Source of the DNA: an uncultured bacterium
GTDB taxonomy: Bacteria; Bdellovibrionota; JACOXK01; 2-02-FULL-40-11
Assembly: GCA_964371555.1 (NCBI GenBank)
Contig: CAYJMQ010000003.1
Span: 1,290-65,289 of the forward strand
Direction of reading: 5' to 3'
Length of the DNA stretch: 64,000 nt
The notes under the pieces are model-generated. The model was given only the letters and a program-made list of their open reading frames with translations. It was not told the DNA's origin and did not search any database. The translations under genes were made by a program, and so were the position numbers. Positions 1-9,136 of this stretch are shown in pieces (position 1 is the first letter of the stretch; each line of letters starts with the position of its first letter).

Positions 1-733
1 TGGCGTCATAGGTATCAATTCCTTTCGAGGCCAGCCAATTCTTTTGACCTGTGGCCATTGCTTTCAGCGGTTTTGCCCCTGTTACAAAATAGAGAATATC
101 GACATAATGGACCCCCAGATATTGAAAAATATTTGTATGAGGAATCCAGCCTGTAAAAATTTCTTCCGGTATGGTCTTGCGTTGACTGTATTCTACGATC
201 GCATAGAGGGGATCGCCGATATCGCCCCGCTGAATGACTTCTCTTAATTTGAGATTCGCTTCGTCATATCTTTTGTGGAATTCGACAGCCCCATAAACTC
301 CATAAGCTCTCTGGAGATCAATGAGGGAAAGAGCTTGCCGGATTTTGGCAGCCAGCGGTTTTACAACAAGGGCATGCAGGCGGTGTTTGAGGGCATAAGA
401 CGTGATCGGTTCGTGTAGATGGTCAGGCACAACAACGATCGCGCAGGCTGGGCGCTCCATATTTTGAATGATCTTTTCATAAGCCTTTTCGTCTTTTATT
501 TCGAGTGGCGCGTATGAAACAGCAGATGTTACCCCCATCCGTAATTTAAGCTTTTCGATTCGTTCTTTTGAAATCAAGAGACGGCTGGGATCAGTAGCCA
601 CCACCCAGATTTTATGAGCGGCGTGCGTTCTCCCCCATTCAAAAATGGCCGGCATGATGGTCCCATCACTTTCAACGCCCCGCCCGCAGACATACATTCC
701 AGAACCGATGACAACAATATTCAGGGGTTTCAT
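1..733 (-). CDS. Gfo/Idh/MocA-family NAD(P)-binding oxidoreductase. Only the N-terminal part is in the window; the C-terminus lies beyond the left edge.
   Basis: Reverse-strand translation from ATG (complement of 731-733) gives MKPLNIVVIGSGMYVCGRG..., a Rossmann GxGxxG N-terminus typical of sugar oxidoreductases. The start forms an ATGA overlap with the stop of the upstream gene. Confidence 0.55.
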   Translation of the reverse strand, partial: MKPLNIVVIGSGMYVCGRGVESDGTIMPAIFEWGRTHAAHKIWVVATDPSRLLISKERIEKLKLRMGVTSAVSYAPLEIKDEKAYEKIIQNMERPACAIVVVPDHLHEPITSYALKHRLHALVVKPLAAKIRQALSLIDLQRAYGVYGAVEFHKRYDEANLKLREVIQRGDIGDPLYAIVEYSQRKTIPEEIFTGWIPHTNIFQYLGVHYVDILYFVTGAKPLKAMATGQKNWLASKGIDTYDA

Positions 734-2076
734 GAGAAAAAATTTTTAATCAAAGGGCTTAAGAGCTTAAAATCGCTCTCTGTTCTGATTTCCAAAAGTG
801 AATAGGGATTATTCACTTCATAAATACCGACCCTGTCTCCAAAAATATGCCCCCCTCTTAAGAATTCGGGGCGGGTAACAGCCCCGAGCCCTCTTAATTC
901 CAGGTAAATGGGATCCTTAAATTTTCTGGGGGTAAGCCCTTCCTCAAGTTGCTTTATCTCGCCGTTCATTTTTTTCCAAATCGCTTTATTTTCGGGTCTT
1001 GCCGCAATCACGCTATCCAGGCCATGTCGAACTACTTCTTCAATCAGCCGGTCTATTAAATCGGGCGCGCGGAATGGAAATGTAATTTCTAAAGAGACAA
1101 TCCAGTCCGGAATCGAAGCGCCCTCTTCAATCTTTTCCAATGAGTATTGTAAAACGGAAGAAAGATCAACGTAATCTCTTGAAAAAGAGGGATCGCGCAG
1201 AAAGGGGACATCCGCCCCCATTTTTTTTGCGGTTTCGGCGATTTCAACATCATCGGTAGATACGATAACCCTTTTAATATATTTCGATTCGAGGGCGCGA
1301 TGAATGGTATAAGACATGAGAGGGGTATTATCTGAGACGATAATGGGTCCTCGAATTGGAATAATCGCAAGGATGTTAAATGAATTCATGTCGATCGGCG
1401 CATATTCAGTTGATTTAATTTTTTCGAGAATCCGGACCACGTTTTTACATCGCTCCAGATTCCCCTTATGATGAATCCCATGATAATGATAAACACTCGC
1501 GGCCGGGTCATAGATAATTTTGAAATTTTTTTCTAAAATTTTTTGCGCCCAGACGCGGTCTTCAATATTGGTTACGGTTTCATCGAACGGAATTTGCCGC
1601 CAAAGATCTTTTCGAACCATGCTGTTCGCATTGTGGAAAAAACTATCTTTTATTTGCACTTTGCGATCGAGTCCGAAGATCAGTGTCATATCGCGCTTGT
1701 CGAGATCAGGGGTAAACGAAAAAGGCTGCTGTCTTCCATAGACTCCCGCAACATCGGGATCTTCGAAATTTTTTAACAAACTTTCAAGCCAGATATCATT
1801 CACAGGAACACAGTGCCCGGATAAGCAGACAATATAGTCTCCCTGAGATGCCGCAATTCCGATATTGAGCGCTCTTCCCGGCAAATAGTCGATACAGGAA
1901 AGGATTTTTGAGACAGGAAAGGATTTTATTTTTTCCAATGTTTTATCGCTGCTTTCATTGTCGACGACAATGACTTCAAAATTTTTATAGCCCTGAGCAA
2001 AAACAGACGACAAACATTGGGCTATCCATCTTTCTTCGTTTTTTGTTCGGATGATGATCGATACCTTTTTAAACAT
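730..2076 (-). CDS. Fusion protein: N-terminal family-2 glycosyltransferase plus C-terminal NeuA/KdsB-like sugar-nucleotide cytidylyltransferase domain.
   Basis: N-terminus SIIIRTKNEERWIAQCLSSV...VIVVDNESSDKT is a GT2 signature. C-terminal half ILAIIPIRG...RVIVSTDDVEIAETAKKMGADVPFLR resembles acylneuraminate/CMP-sugar cytidylyltransferases. Confidence 0.65.
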   Translation of the reverse strand: MFKKVSIIIRTKNEERWIAQCLSSVFAQGYKNFEVIVVDNESSDKTLEKIKSFPVSKILSCIDYLPGRALNIGIAASQGDYIVCLSGHCVPVNDIWLESLLKNFEDPDVAGVYGRQQPFSFTPDLDKRDMTLIFGLDRKVQIKDSFFHNANSMVRKDLWRQIPFDETVTNIEDRVWAQKILEKNFKIIYDPAASVYHYHGIHHKGNLERCKNVVRILEKIKSTEYAPIDMNSFNILAIIPIRGPIIVSDNTPLMSYTIHRALESKYIKRVIVSTDDVEIAETAKKMGADVPFLRDPSFSRDYVDLSSVLQYSLEKIEEGASIPDWIVSLEITFPFRAPDLIDRLIEEVVRHGLDSVIAARPENKAIWKKMNGEIKQLEEGLTPRKFKDPIYLELRGLGAVTRPEFLRGGHIFGDRVGIYEVNNPYSLLEIRTESDFKLLSPLIKNFFS

Positions 2077-2102
2077 TATTTTCTCCGAAAATGGCTTACT
2101 AC

Positions 2103-2960
2103 TTAAGACATAATAATCCTTTTAAATCTAAAGGGATCGGTTGTCATGTCATTGATTCCATCGATATTAAGAAGGCCGCAAAGGTACCCTGCCTGTTCAA
2201 TATGTTTCATAAGACAGTCGGAGATATCTCTACTGCTCCCAAAGGGGAAAGAAAAGTAATTACAGGATATTCCCATTTTTTTTTCAAGAACGCGCTTGCT
2301 TTCCCCGATTTCATGTATGGCTTCTTCAAGTGGGAGGCGGCTGAGTGAGCGATGTGAAAGACTGTGCGAGGCGATTTCCATGCCATTGAGACTCATGGTT
2401 TTAAGTTCATCCCATTCAAGACAACGATCTGTCAGATGAGAATTGCCAGATGAGGCGCCATTTTTTAATTGGCGCAATACGAACTCAATATCAGCTGTTG
2501 AAGCTGTCTTCAACAGTTTAAGAACCCGACGGCCAAAAGAAGCTTTGTTTTCGAAAAAGCGGCGTTTAAGTTTTTTTCCGCCGATATTTACGGATTCCGG
2601 ACAGTTCCCCCTTTTGAGAGACGACAAAAACTCCCAATCCCACAAAGGCCGCCCGCTGCCGATGTAGTTTGTGACGACGGAAAAAAGCGCTGGGATCCCT
2701 TTTTTCTTTAAAATCGGGAAAATAATTTCGTAATTGTCACAATAGCCATCGTCAAATGTTAAAACGGCGTGATTTTTAAATAATGACTGTTCCTTTATTT
2801 TTTTCAGCGCCTCTGCCATCGAAATAATTGAATAGTGAGAGGCCAGCGCGTCCACCTGTTTTTCAAATTCTTTGACTGTCATCATAGTGTTGAGAGGGTT
2901 AAATCTGACTTCAGGCAGAACGCGATGGTATAAAAAAATGAAAAGATTTCCGGCGTTCAT
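2103..2960 (-). CDS. Polysaccharide deacetylase (NodB/CE4 family).
   Basis: The VLTFDDGYCDNYEIIFPILKKKGIPALFSV motif is typical of NodB-type deacetylases. Confidence 0.7.
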   Translation of the reverse strand: MNAGNLFIFLYHRVLPEVRFNPLNTMMTVKEFEKQVDALASHYSIISMAEALKKIKEQSLFKNHAVLTFDDGYCDNYEIIFPILKKKGIPALFSVVTNYIGSGRPLWDWEFLSSLKRGNCPESVNIGGKKLKRRFFENKASFGRRVLKLLKTASTADIEFVLRQLKNGASSGNSHLTDRCLEWDELKTMSLNGMEIASHSLSHRSLSRLPLEEAIHEIGESKRVLEKKMGISCNYFSFPFGSSRDISDCLMKHIEQAGYLCGLLNIDGINDMTTDPFRFKRIIMS

Positions 2961-3877
2961 CTTAAAGCGTCTCTAAAAAGGAGAAGCCCTTCAGTTAAAT
3001 TGTGTAAACGGGTCGCACAGCGGTTTCTAAACTTTTCAGTATTTAATCTGACACCTTGAGGTCTCATTGCGATTGGAACGGCGGGTGAAACGGCGGGCTC
3101 CCTCATATGGTCCTGTTCTTTGATCAGAGAATCCTCTAAATTCAACTGTTTTGCCGCTCGCATTGCCCATGAGTGTCTATCTATGTAATCGCCGCCAACG
3201 ACATGAAAGACACCGGTTATTTTTTTTTCAAAAAGCTCAGTCATCGCAGAAGCCAAATCCGGCGCGTATGTTGGGGAGCCGGATAAATATGAAGGGGCAT
3301 GGAATGTTTTTCCTTCTTTGAGACACCGATAAAGATTCATAACATAATTGGGGGTCGTCGTTTCAGGATCCCACCCGTAGACATTCGTTGTCCGAAGGAT
3401 GACATAACGGTCCAGATTTTTTTGAATCCATTTCTCCGCTTCGAGTTTCACCATTCCATAGACATTTAAAGGGCGGGGACTGTCAACTTCCCGATAATCG
3501 TCTTTGCCGCCGTCAAAAATATAATCGGTAGAAATAAAAAAGAAAGTCGCCCCCGTTCTTTGGGCATGGCGTCCCAACATTTGGGTTGCTTTAAAATGAA
3601 AGTCTTCGGCAAGCCCCGGCTGCCGCTCGCATAAATCGACGCCGCCCGAAAGATTTGCGCAGTGAAAAATGGCGGCCGGAGATACCTCTGAAAACAGATG
3701 GTCGATCTCCGATTCGTTTACGATGTTTAATTTTCTTAAATTTTTATTTTCTCTCTTACAGGAAGTTCCCAACCAGCGATAACCGGTCGTTCCTGGGGAA
3801 AGTTTTTTCGCAAGCGCGCCCCCCACGAGGCCGTTGGCTCCGATGATCAGCGCGTCTATCTTTCGGGATGATTCCAT
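2957..3877 (-). CDS. RmlD-family NAD(P)H-dependent 6-deoxy-sugar reductase (paralog 1). Start taken at the internal Met (MESSRKIDALIIGANG).
   Basis: IIGANGLVGGALAKKL Rossmann motif, and FFISTDYIFDGGKDDYREVDSPRPLNVYGMVKLEAEKW matching the RmlD substrate-binding region. Confidence 0.65.
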   Translation of the reverse strand: MESSRKIDALIIGANGLVGGALAKKLSPGTTGYRWLGTSCKRENKNLRKLNIVNESEIDHLFSEVSPAAIFHCANLSGGVDLCERQPGLAEDFHFKATQMLGRHAQRTGATFFFISTDYIFDGGKDDYREVDSPRPLNVYGMVKLEAEKWIQKNLDRYVILRTTNVYGWDPETTTPNYVMNLYRCLKEGKTFHAPSYLSGSPTYAPDLASAMTELFEKKITGVFHVVGGDYIDRHSWAMRAAKQLNLEDSLIKEQDHMREPAVSPAVPIAMRPQGVRLNTEKFRNRCATRLHNLTEGLLLFRDALR

Positions 3878-4737
3878 TTTTTCCAGGGGGGGGTTCCCGT
3901 TTGCCAAAGACGATTCAGATATTCGACATCTCTTGCAGTGTCCATACACTGCCAATATCCATCATGCTTATAGGTCATTAACTCACGATCCTGGCAGAGT
4001 TTTTGAAGAACCCCAAATTCCAGATCGCATCTGTCATCCGGCGTGAGACAGTCCAGGAATTTTTTATTAAAAACAAAAAAACCACCGTTGATATAGCCTG
4101 TTTTAATCTGCGGCTTTTCCTCAAACTCACAAACCAGATGACCCTCTATCCGCATCTCTCCGAAACGGGAAGGGGGGTGCACAGAAGTGACTGTCCCAAG
4201 CCGTTTGTGGTTTCTGTGAAACTCTTCCAGCATATTCAGATCGACATCGCTTAAACCGTCCCCATAAGTCAGATGAAAAAAATCGGTTTGAATATAGGGT
4301 TCCAATCGTTTAATCCGCGCCCCTTTCAATGCGTTGAGACCCGTGTTGATGCAAACGATTTCCCAATTTTTTTCGTCTGAAAGGGTGTGTGGCTTTGGAT
4401 GGACTGTCGGGGAAGGGGCTTTAGGATCAAGATAAATCGTAAAATCGTTTGCGATATAACGATAATCGTAAAAATATTTTTTGATGTATTCCCCCCGATA
4501 GCCAAGCGCGATAAGGAACCGATTGAATCCGAATGAAGAATAATATTTCATGATATGCCAAAGAATCGGTTTTCCGCCGATCTCAACCATCGGCTTTGGC
4601 TTGAGTTCGGTCTCTTCCCGCAATCTCGTCCCCATGCCGCCGCAAAGAATGATCACATCCGCTCTTGCGCTGTTTTCTTTCACAATGCCTTCATCATCAG
4701 ACGGAGACCTTCTTCGATGGGGACCCGGGGTTTCCAT
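3856..4737 (-). CDS. rfbF: Glucose-1-phosphate cytidylyltransferase (CDP-glucose pyrophosphorylase, RfbF-like). The exact start is uncertain.
   Basis: VIILCGGMGTRLREETELKPKPMVEIGGKPILWHIMKYYSSFGFNRFLIALGYRG closely matches RfbF/DdhA proteins. Confidence 0.7.
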   Translation of the reverse strand: METPGPHRRRSPSDDEGIVKENSARADVIILCGGMGTRLREETELKPKPMVEIGGKPILWHIMKYYSSFGFNRFLIALGYRGEYIKKYFYDYRYIANDFTIYLDPKAPSPTVHPKPHTLSDEKNWEIVCINTGLNALKGARIKRLEPYIQTDFFHLTYGDGLSDVDLNMLEEFHRNHKRLGTVTSVHPPSRFGEMRIEGHLVCEFEEKPQIKTGYINGGFFVFNKKFLDCLTPDDRCDLEFGVLQKLCQDRELMTYKHDGYWQCMDTARDVEYLNRLWQTGTPPWKKWNHPER

Positions 4738-5546
4738 GAGAATGCCTCTTTAAATTTTTGAACATCGGCAATCACGAAATTTTTTTCTGAATTTTCCGAG
4801 ACGTTGATTTGAGATTTCGCCAGATCTTGATGATCGATTTCCTCAATTTCCAAAATCTTATGAAGAACCTGAAGCACGGAGATTCCACGGCCGGTTCCAA
4901 CATTGAAACAGCGCCAGCCGGAATGTGTGTCTCTTAATGAATAAAGAATTGCGGAAACGACATCGCGAACATGAATAAAATCACGCACCAAAAAGGGTGT
5001 GTTTAATGTAAGTGATTTTTCCCCGGATATATGATGTCGAACAGAATAAATCAGGGAAGGAATTAAAAAGGGATTTCTTTGCCCTTCCCCGTACAGATTA
5101 AAAATCCGCAATGCGGTGACAGCAACATTTAAATAGGTTGAATAATATTCACAGATTTCTTCGCAGACGCTTTTTGACGCCCCATAAATCGTTTTTGCAG
5201 ATCGCGGCGCTTTTTCCGAAAGGGGGATCTCTTCATCTGACGGTAAATAGACAGCAGATGATGAAATCAATACGCAAGAGGCTTTGTATCGATAACAATA
5301 GCGCATGACGGATAACGTTCCTCCCACATTCACATCAAAAAGGGAATCATATTCATCTTGAGTGGTCGCCTTTGTCACAGCGGCAAGATGACAGACGACA
5401 TCTGAAGCTGTCTCACTCTGTTCAATGGTCCGCACATCCGCCCGGTAAGGCTCGACCGAGCTAAAGTATTTGGGGAGCTCCGCCATCAGATGACGTCCCA
5501 AAAAACCGTTGGCTCCTGTCACCAAAATTCTTTTATTGGATAGCAT
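4680..5546 (-). CDS. NAD-dependent epimerase/dehydratase (extended SDR). Probable nucleotide-sugar epimerase or reductase.
   Basis: N-terminal RILVTGANGFLGRHLMAEL Rossmann motif and a YxxxK-type region (YGASKSVCEE). Confidence 0.7.
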   Translation of the reverse strand: MLSNKRILVTGANGFLGRHLMAELPKYFSSVEPYRADVRTIEQSETASDVVCHLAAVTKATTQDEYDSLFDVNVGGTLSVMRYCYRYKASCVLISSSAVYLPSDEEIPLSEKAPRSAKTIYGASKSVCEEICEYYSTYLNVAVTALRIFNLYGEGQRNPFLIPSLIYSVRHHISGEKSLTLNTPFLVRDFIHVRDVVSAILYSLRDTHSGWRCFNVGTGRGISVLQVLHKILEIEEIDHQDLAKSQINVSENSEKNFVIADVQKFKEAFSWKPRVPIEEGLRLMMKAL

Positions 5547-6532
5547 TAGTAACTCAAAATGGATATCAGACTTATCGCCCCTGTGATAAAAGTACAAGCG
5601 TACAAAATCATGACTGCGGTGGTAGCTGAGAGGCCGGCACGCACAAGTTGATGAGAGAGATGATTTGTGTCACCCACATAGATAGGCTGTCGGTTCTTAA
5701 TTCGAATGATAACAACAGTCAGTGTGTCTAAAATAGGGATACTGGCCAAAAGCAAAAGGCAGCTCGAGGCCGTTAAGATATGCACCTGATGCCGGATCAG
5801 ATGTTCGAAAAGCCAAATAGATGATGTCGCAAGAGAAAATCCAAGAAAAAGACTCCCCCCGTCGCCCAGAAAAATCTTTGCTTTTGGAAAATTATACGGA
5901 AGGAAACCGAGCAGACTGCCGATTGGGATTGCAAGAAAGAGGGCCAGCAGCGCATGATCTGTAAAATAGGCGAGCACCGCAAAAAAACCAAGAATAATGA
6001 CTGTTAAGCCGCAGGCGAGGCCATTCATATTATCGAGAAGGTTCAGGGAATTTGTAAGACCCACGATCCAAAAAACGGATAAGAGGATATTGAGAACTTC
6101 ATGAGAAAAAAAATGAAATCGCGCGCTGGAGAGAACAATAATCAGTGCCGATAAAATCTGGGAAATCAATTTCAGGCGATAGTCGATCATTTTAATATCG
6201 TCCAGAGTACCTACTATCAGCATGATCAAGGCTCCAATAAAATAAAAAGCAAGCTGAAGCAGGAATGTTTCGGATTCCAAAAACATAAAGGGGGACTTAT
6301 TAAAATGCCATTGGTAGCTTACGATGAAATAAAAACATAAACTCAGGCAAAAACTCAAAAAAATCGCAATTCCGCCAAGCCTCGGCGTTGGAAGGGTATG
6401 AACTTTGCGCGAGGAGGGGTAGTCAAAAATATTCATTTTAATCGAGAATCTTCTTGCCAAGGGAGTCAACAAATAAGATAGAAAAAAAGAGATGAGAAGC
6501 AACAACCACAACACCTTGAAAAATAAAAACAT
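5546..6532 (-). CDS. Polyprenyl-phosphate sugar-1-phosphate transferase (MraY/WecA family).
   Basis: Multi-pass membrane protein carrying the DDxxD-like DDIKMIDYRL and NSLNLLDNMNGLA motifs of the WecA/MraY family. Confidence 0.75.
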   Translation of the reverse strand: MFLFFKVLWLLLLISFFLSYLLTPLARRFSIKMNIFDYPSSRKVHTLPTPRLGGIAIFLSFCLSLCFYFIVSYQWHFNKSPFMFLESETFLLQLAFYFIGALIMLIVGTLDDIKMIDYRLKLISQILSALIIVLSSARFHFFSHEVLNILLSVFWIVGLTNSLNLLDNMNGLACGLTVIILGFFAVLAYFTDHALLALFLAIPIGSLLGFLPYNFPKAKIFLGDGGSLFLGFSLATSSIWLFEHLIRHQVHILTASSCLLLLASIPILDTLTVVIIRIKNRQPIYVGDTNHLSHQLVRAGLSATTAVMILYACTFITGAISLISILSY

Positions 6533-6570
6533 AGGGGACTTTTACAAAGTTAACAAATTAAAGATTACAG

Positions 6571-7764
6571 ATGGGTGAAGAGAAAGTCAAGCCGCGAGTC
6601 CGAGTGGCGCCTAAAATCGTTAGAATCTTTTCGCGTCTGAATATTGGAGGTCCCGCGATTCATGTTATTCTTCTGAGTGAAAAACTGTCTCCGAAATATG
6701 AAACGATTCTTGCAACAGGCAAAGTCGGCGCTCTGGAAGGCGATATGTCTTATTTGCTGGAGGAAAAACGCTCTTTTCATCATGTTTTTATTCCGGAGCT
6801 TGGAAGAAACATTCGTATTTGGAATGATTGGGTTGCATTTTGGAAAATTTTCAGACTTCTTCTTCGCGAGAAACCGGCGATTGTTCATACCCATACTTCA
6901 AAAGCGGGCGTTTTGGGGCGAATAGCCTCGGTTTTGGCTCGTGTTCCGGTGCGGATTCATACCTTTCACGGGCATCTCTTTGAAGGTTATTTTGGAAAGA
7001 TAAAAACCTTTTTGATTATCATGGCAGAAAGAATTTTAGCACATTTTACCACAGCCATTGTTGCGATATCAGAGGCGCAGAAAAGGGATTTACAAAAATT
7101 TGGGATTTGCCCCCTCTTTCCAGCCGAAGAAAAGATCGTTGTCATCCGTCTCGGTTTTGATTTGACCCCTTTTCAAAAGGAGAGAGCGGATTCAGAGAGG
7201 CAAAGATTTGGACTTCCAAAGGATCGATATCTGATAGGGCTTGTTGCCAGACTCATCCCCATCAAAAATCATGCGTCTTTTTTAAGAATAGCAAAGAAGG
7301 TATTGCTGCAGAGAAAGGATGTCCATTTTGTCATTGTGGGCGATGGGGAGTTAAAAGATATTCTTAAACAACAGATTTCAGCGCTTGAGATCGATTCCCA
7401 TGTTTCACTGCTTTCCTGGCAGAAAGAAGTTAAACCGATTTATGATGCGCTGGATATTGTTTGCCTGACATCTTTCAATGAAGGGACCCCCGTTTCGCTG
7501 ATCGAAGCCCAGGCCTGCGGGAAACCGGTGGTTGCGTTTCGTGTGGGAGGCGTGGAAGATGTGATTATTTCGGGCAAAAGCGGTTATCTTGTGGAGATCG
7601 GGGATGAGTCTGCATTTTCTGAAAGGATTTTATCTCTTCTGGCTCATCCGGAGCAAAAAGCGGAAATGGGCAATATTGGAAAAAAAGTGATTTTAGAAAA
7701 TTTTCATGAGGGACGTCTCATCAAAGAAATGGATCAGCTCTATCAGGATTGTCTTTCCAGATAA
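6571..7764 (+). CDS. Glycosyltransferase, GT1 fold (CAZy GT4-like).
   Basis: C-terminal EGTPVSLIEAQACGKPVVAFRVGGVEDVI is the GT4 EX7E-region signature. Confidence 0.8.
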   Translation: MGEEKVKPRVRVAPKIVRIFSRLNIGGPAIHVILLSEKLSPKYETILATGKVGALEGDMSYLLEEKRSFHHVFIPELGRNIRIWNDWVAFWKIFRLLLREKPAIVHTHTSKAGVLGRIASVLARVPVRIHTFHGHLFEGYFGKIKTFLIIMAERILAHFTTAIVAISEAQKRDLQKFGICPLFPAEEKIVVIRLGFDLTPFQKERADSERQRFGLPKDRYLIGLVARLIPIKNHASFLRIAKKVLLQRKDVHFVIVGDGELKDILKQQISALEIDSHVSLLSWQKEVKPIYDALDIVCLTSFNEGTPVSLIEAQACGKPVVAFRVGGVEDVIISGKSGYLVEIGDESAFSERILSLLAHPEQKAEMGNIGKKVILENFHEGRLIKEMDQLYQDCLSR

Positions 7765-7822
7765 TTTACCAGATACTTTAAATGATCCACTCAAAAAATT
7801 GACAAAAATATGTGTGTAAGGC

Positions 7823-9136
7823 ATGGATATAATCATGGATCTTTCGAGCCGCATTAAAGAGAAAAGCGCCAGGGTTGCAGTCATCGGTCTTGGCTATGTG
7901 GGGCTTCCATTGTCTCTTGAATTTCTCAAGGCTGGTTTTAAAGTTGTCGGTATAGATATCAATAAAGACAGGATCAAAAAATTAGAATCGGCTGAATCTT
8001 ATATAACCGATATTTCTTGCGAACAGATTCGCAATGCCCTTCAGACAGGGCGATTTACCCCGACATCTGATTTTTCTATTCTGGCGGATACCGATGTTAT
8101 TTCTATCTGTGTCCCTACGCCGCTTAGAAAAACGAAAGAGCCTGATATTTCATTTATTGTTTCTGCTGTAAAGAAAATCAAAAATTATCTTTCGAAAGGA
8201 CAGCTTGTCATTTTAGAGAGCACCACTTATCCCGGCACGACGGAAGAAGTTGTTCTGCCAGAACTGGAGAAAACCGGTCTTCAGGCAGGGAGGGATTTTT
8301 ACCTTGCCTTTTCACCTGAGAGAATCGACCCCGGGAATAAGAAATACGCGATTGCAAACACGCCAAAAATTGTCGGTGGAATCACCCCCAATTGCACGGA
8401 GCTTGCGGTCTCTTTTTATTCAACGGTGGTGGAAAAAGTTTATCCGGTTTCGAGCTCCCGGGCGGCTGAGATGGTAAAGCTTTTGGAAAACACCTTTCGT
8501 GCTGTGAATATTGGTCTTGTGAATGAAATTGCGATTGTTGCAGACCGGTTAAAGCTCGACGTTTGGGAAATTATCGATGCCGCGGCGACGAAACCGTTTG
8601 GATTTCTCCCTTTTTACCCGGGACCCGGTTTAGGGGGGCATTGTATTCCTGTAGATCCCCATTATCTTTCCTGGAAGCTCAATGCGCAGGGCTACAACCC
8701 AAGGTTTATCGAACTTGCGAGAGAGATTAATTCAAAGATGCCAACGGTTGTTGTGGAAAAGATCGCGGATGCCCTCAATCGATTTAAACGCTCAATCAAT
8801 GGCTCGAAAATTCTTATTTTGGGGGTTGCCTATAAAAAAGATGTGGGAGATATCCGGGAATCGCCGGCGCTGGATGTGATCGAGGGATTAAAAGGGCGCG
8901 GCGCAGAGGTTTTCTATGAAGATCGCTATTGCCCGGAATTTGAACATCATGGACATTCATATCAATCGATCTCTTTAGAAACGGCCGATCTTTCCTCCTA
9001 CGATTGTGTTTCGGTCCTCACCGACCATTCGTACTATGATTGGGGCGCAATTGCGGAATCTGCCACGATAATCGTCGATTGCCGAAACGCGACGCGTGGT
9101 TTAAAGAGTTTCCGGGATAAAATCATAAAGATTTGA
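7823..9136 (+). CDS. Nucleotide-sugar dehydrogenase (UDP-glucose/UDP-N-acetyl-hexosamine dehydrogenase family).
   Basis: VAVIGLGYVGLPLSLEF NAD-binding motif and a GGHCIPVDP catalytic Cys region. Confidence 0.85.
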   Translation: MDIIMDLSSRIKEKSARVAVIGLGYVGLPLSLEFLKAGFKVVGIDINKDRIKKLESAESYITDISCEQIRNALQTGRFTPTSDFSILADTDVISICVPTPLRKTKEPDISFIVSAVKKIKNYLSKGQLVILESTTYPGTTEEVVLPELEKTGLQAGRDFYLAFSPERIDPGNKKYAIANTPKIVGGITPNCTELAVSFYSTVVEKVYPVSSSRAAEMVKLLENTFRAVNIGLVNEIAIVADRLKLDVWEIIDAAATKPFGFLPFYPGPGLGGHCIPVDPHYLSWKLNAQGYNPRFIELAREINSKMPTVVVEKIADALNRFKRSINGSKILILGVAYKKDVGDIRESPALDVIEGLKGRGAEVFYEDRYCPEFEHHGHSYQSISLETADLSSYDCVSVLTDHSYYDWGAIAESATIIVDCRNATRGLKSFRDKIIKI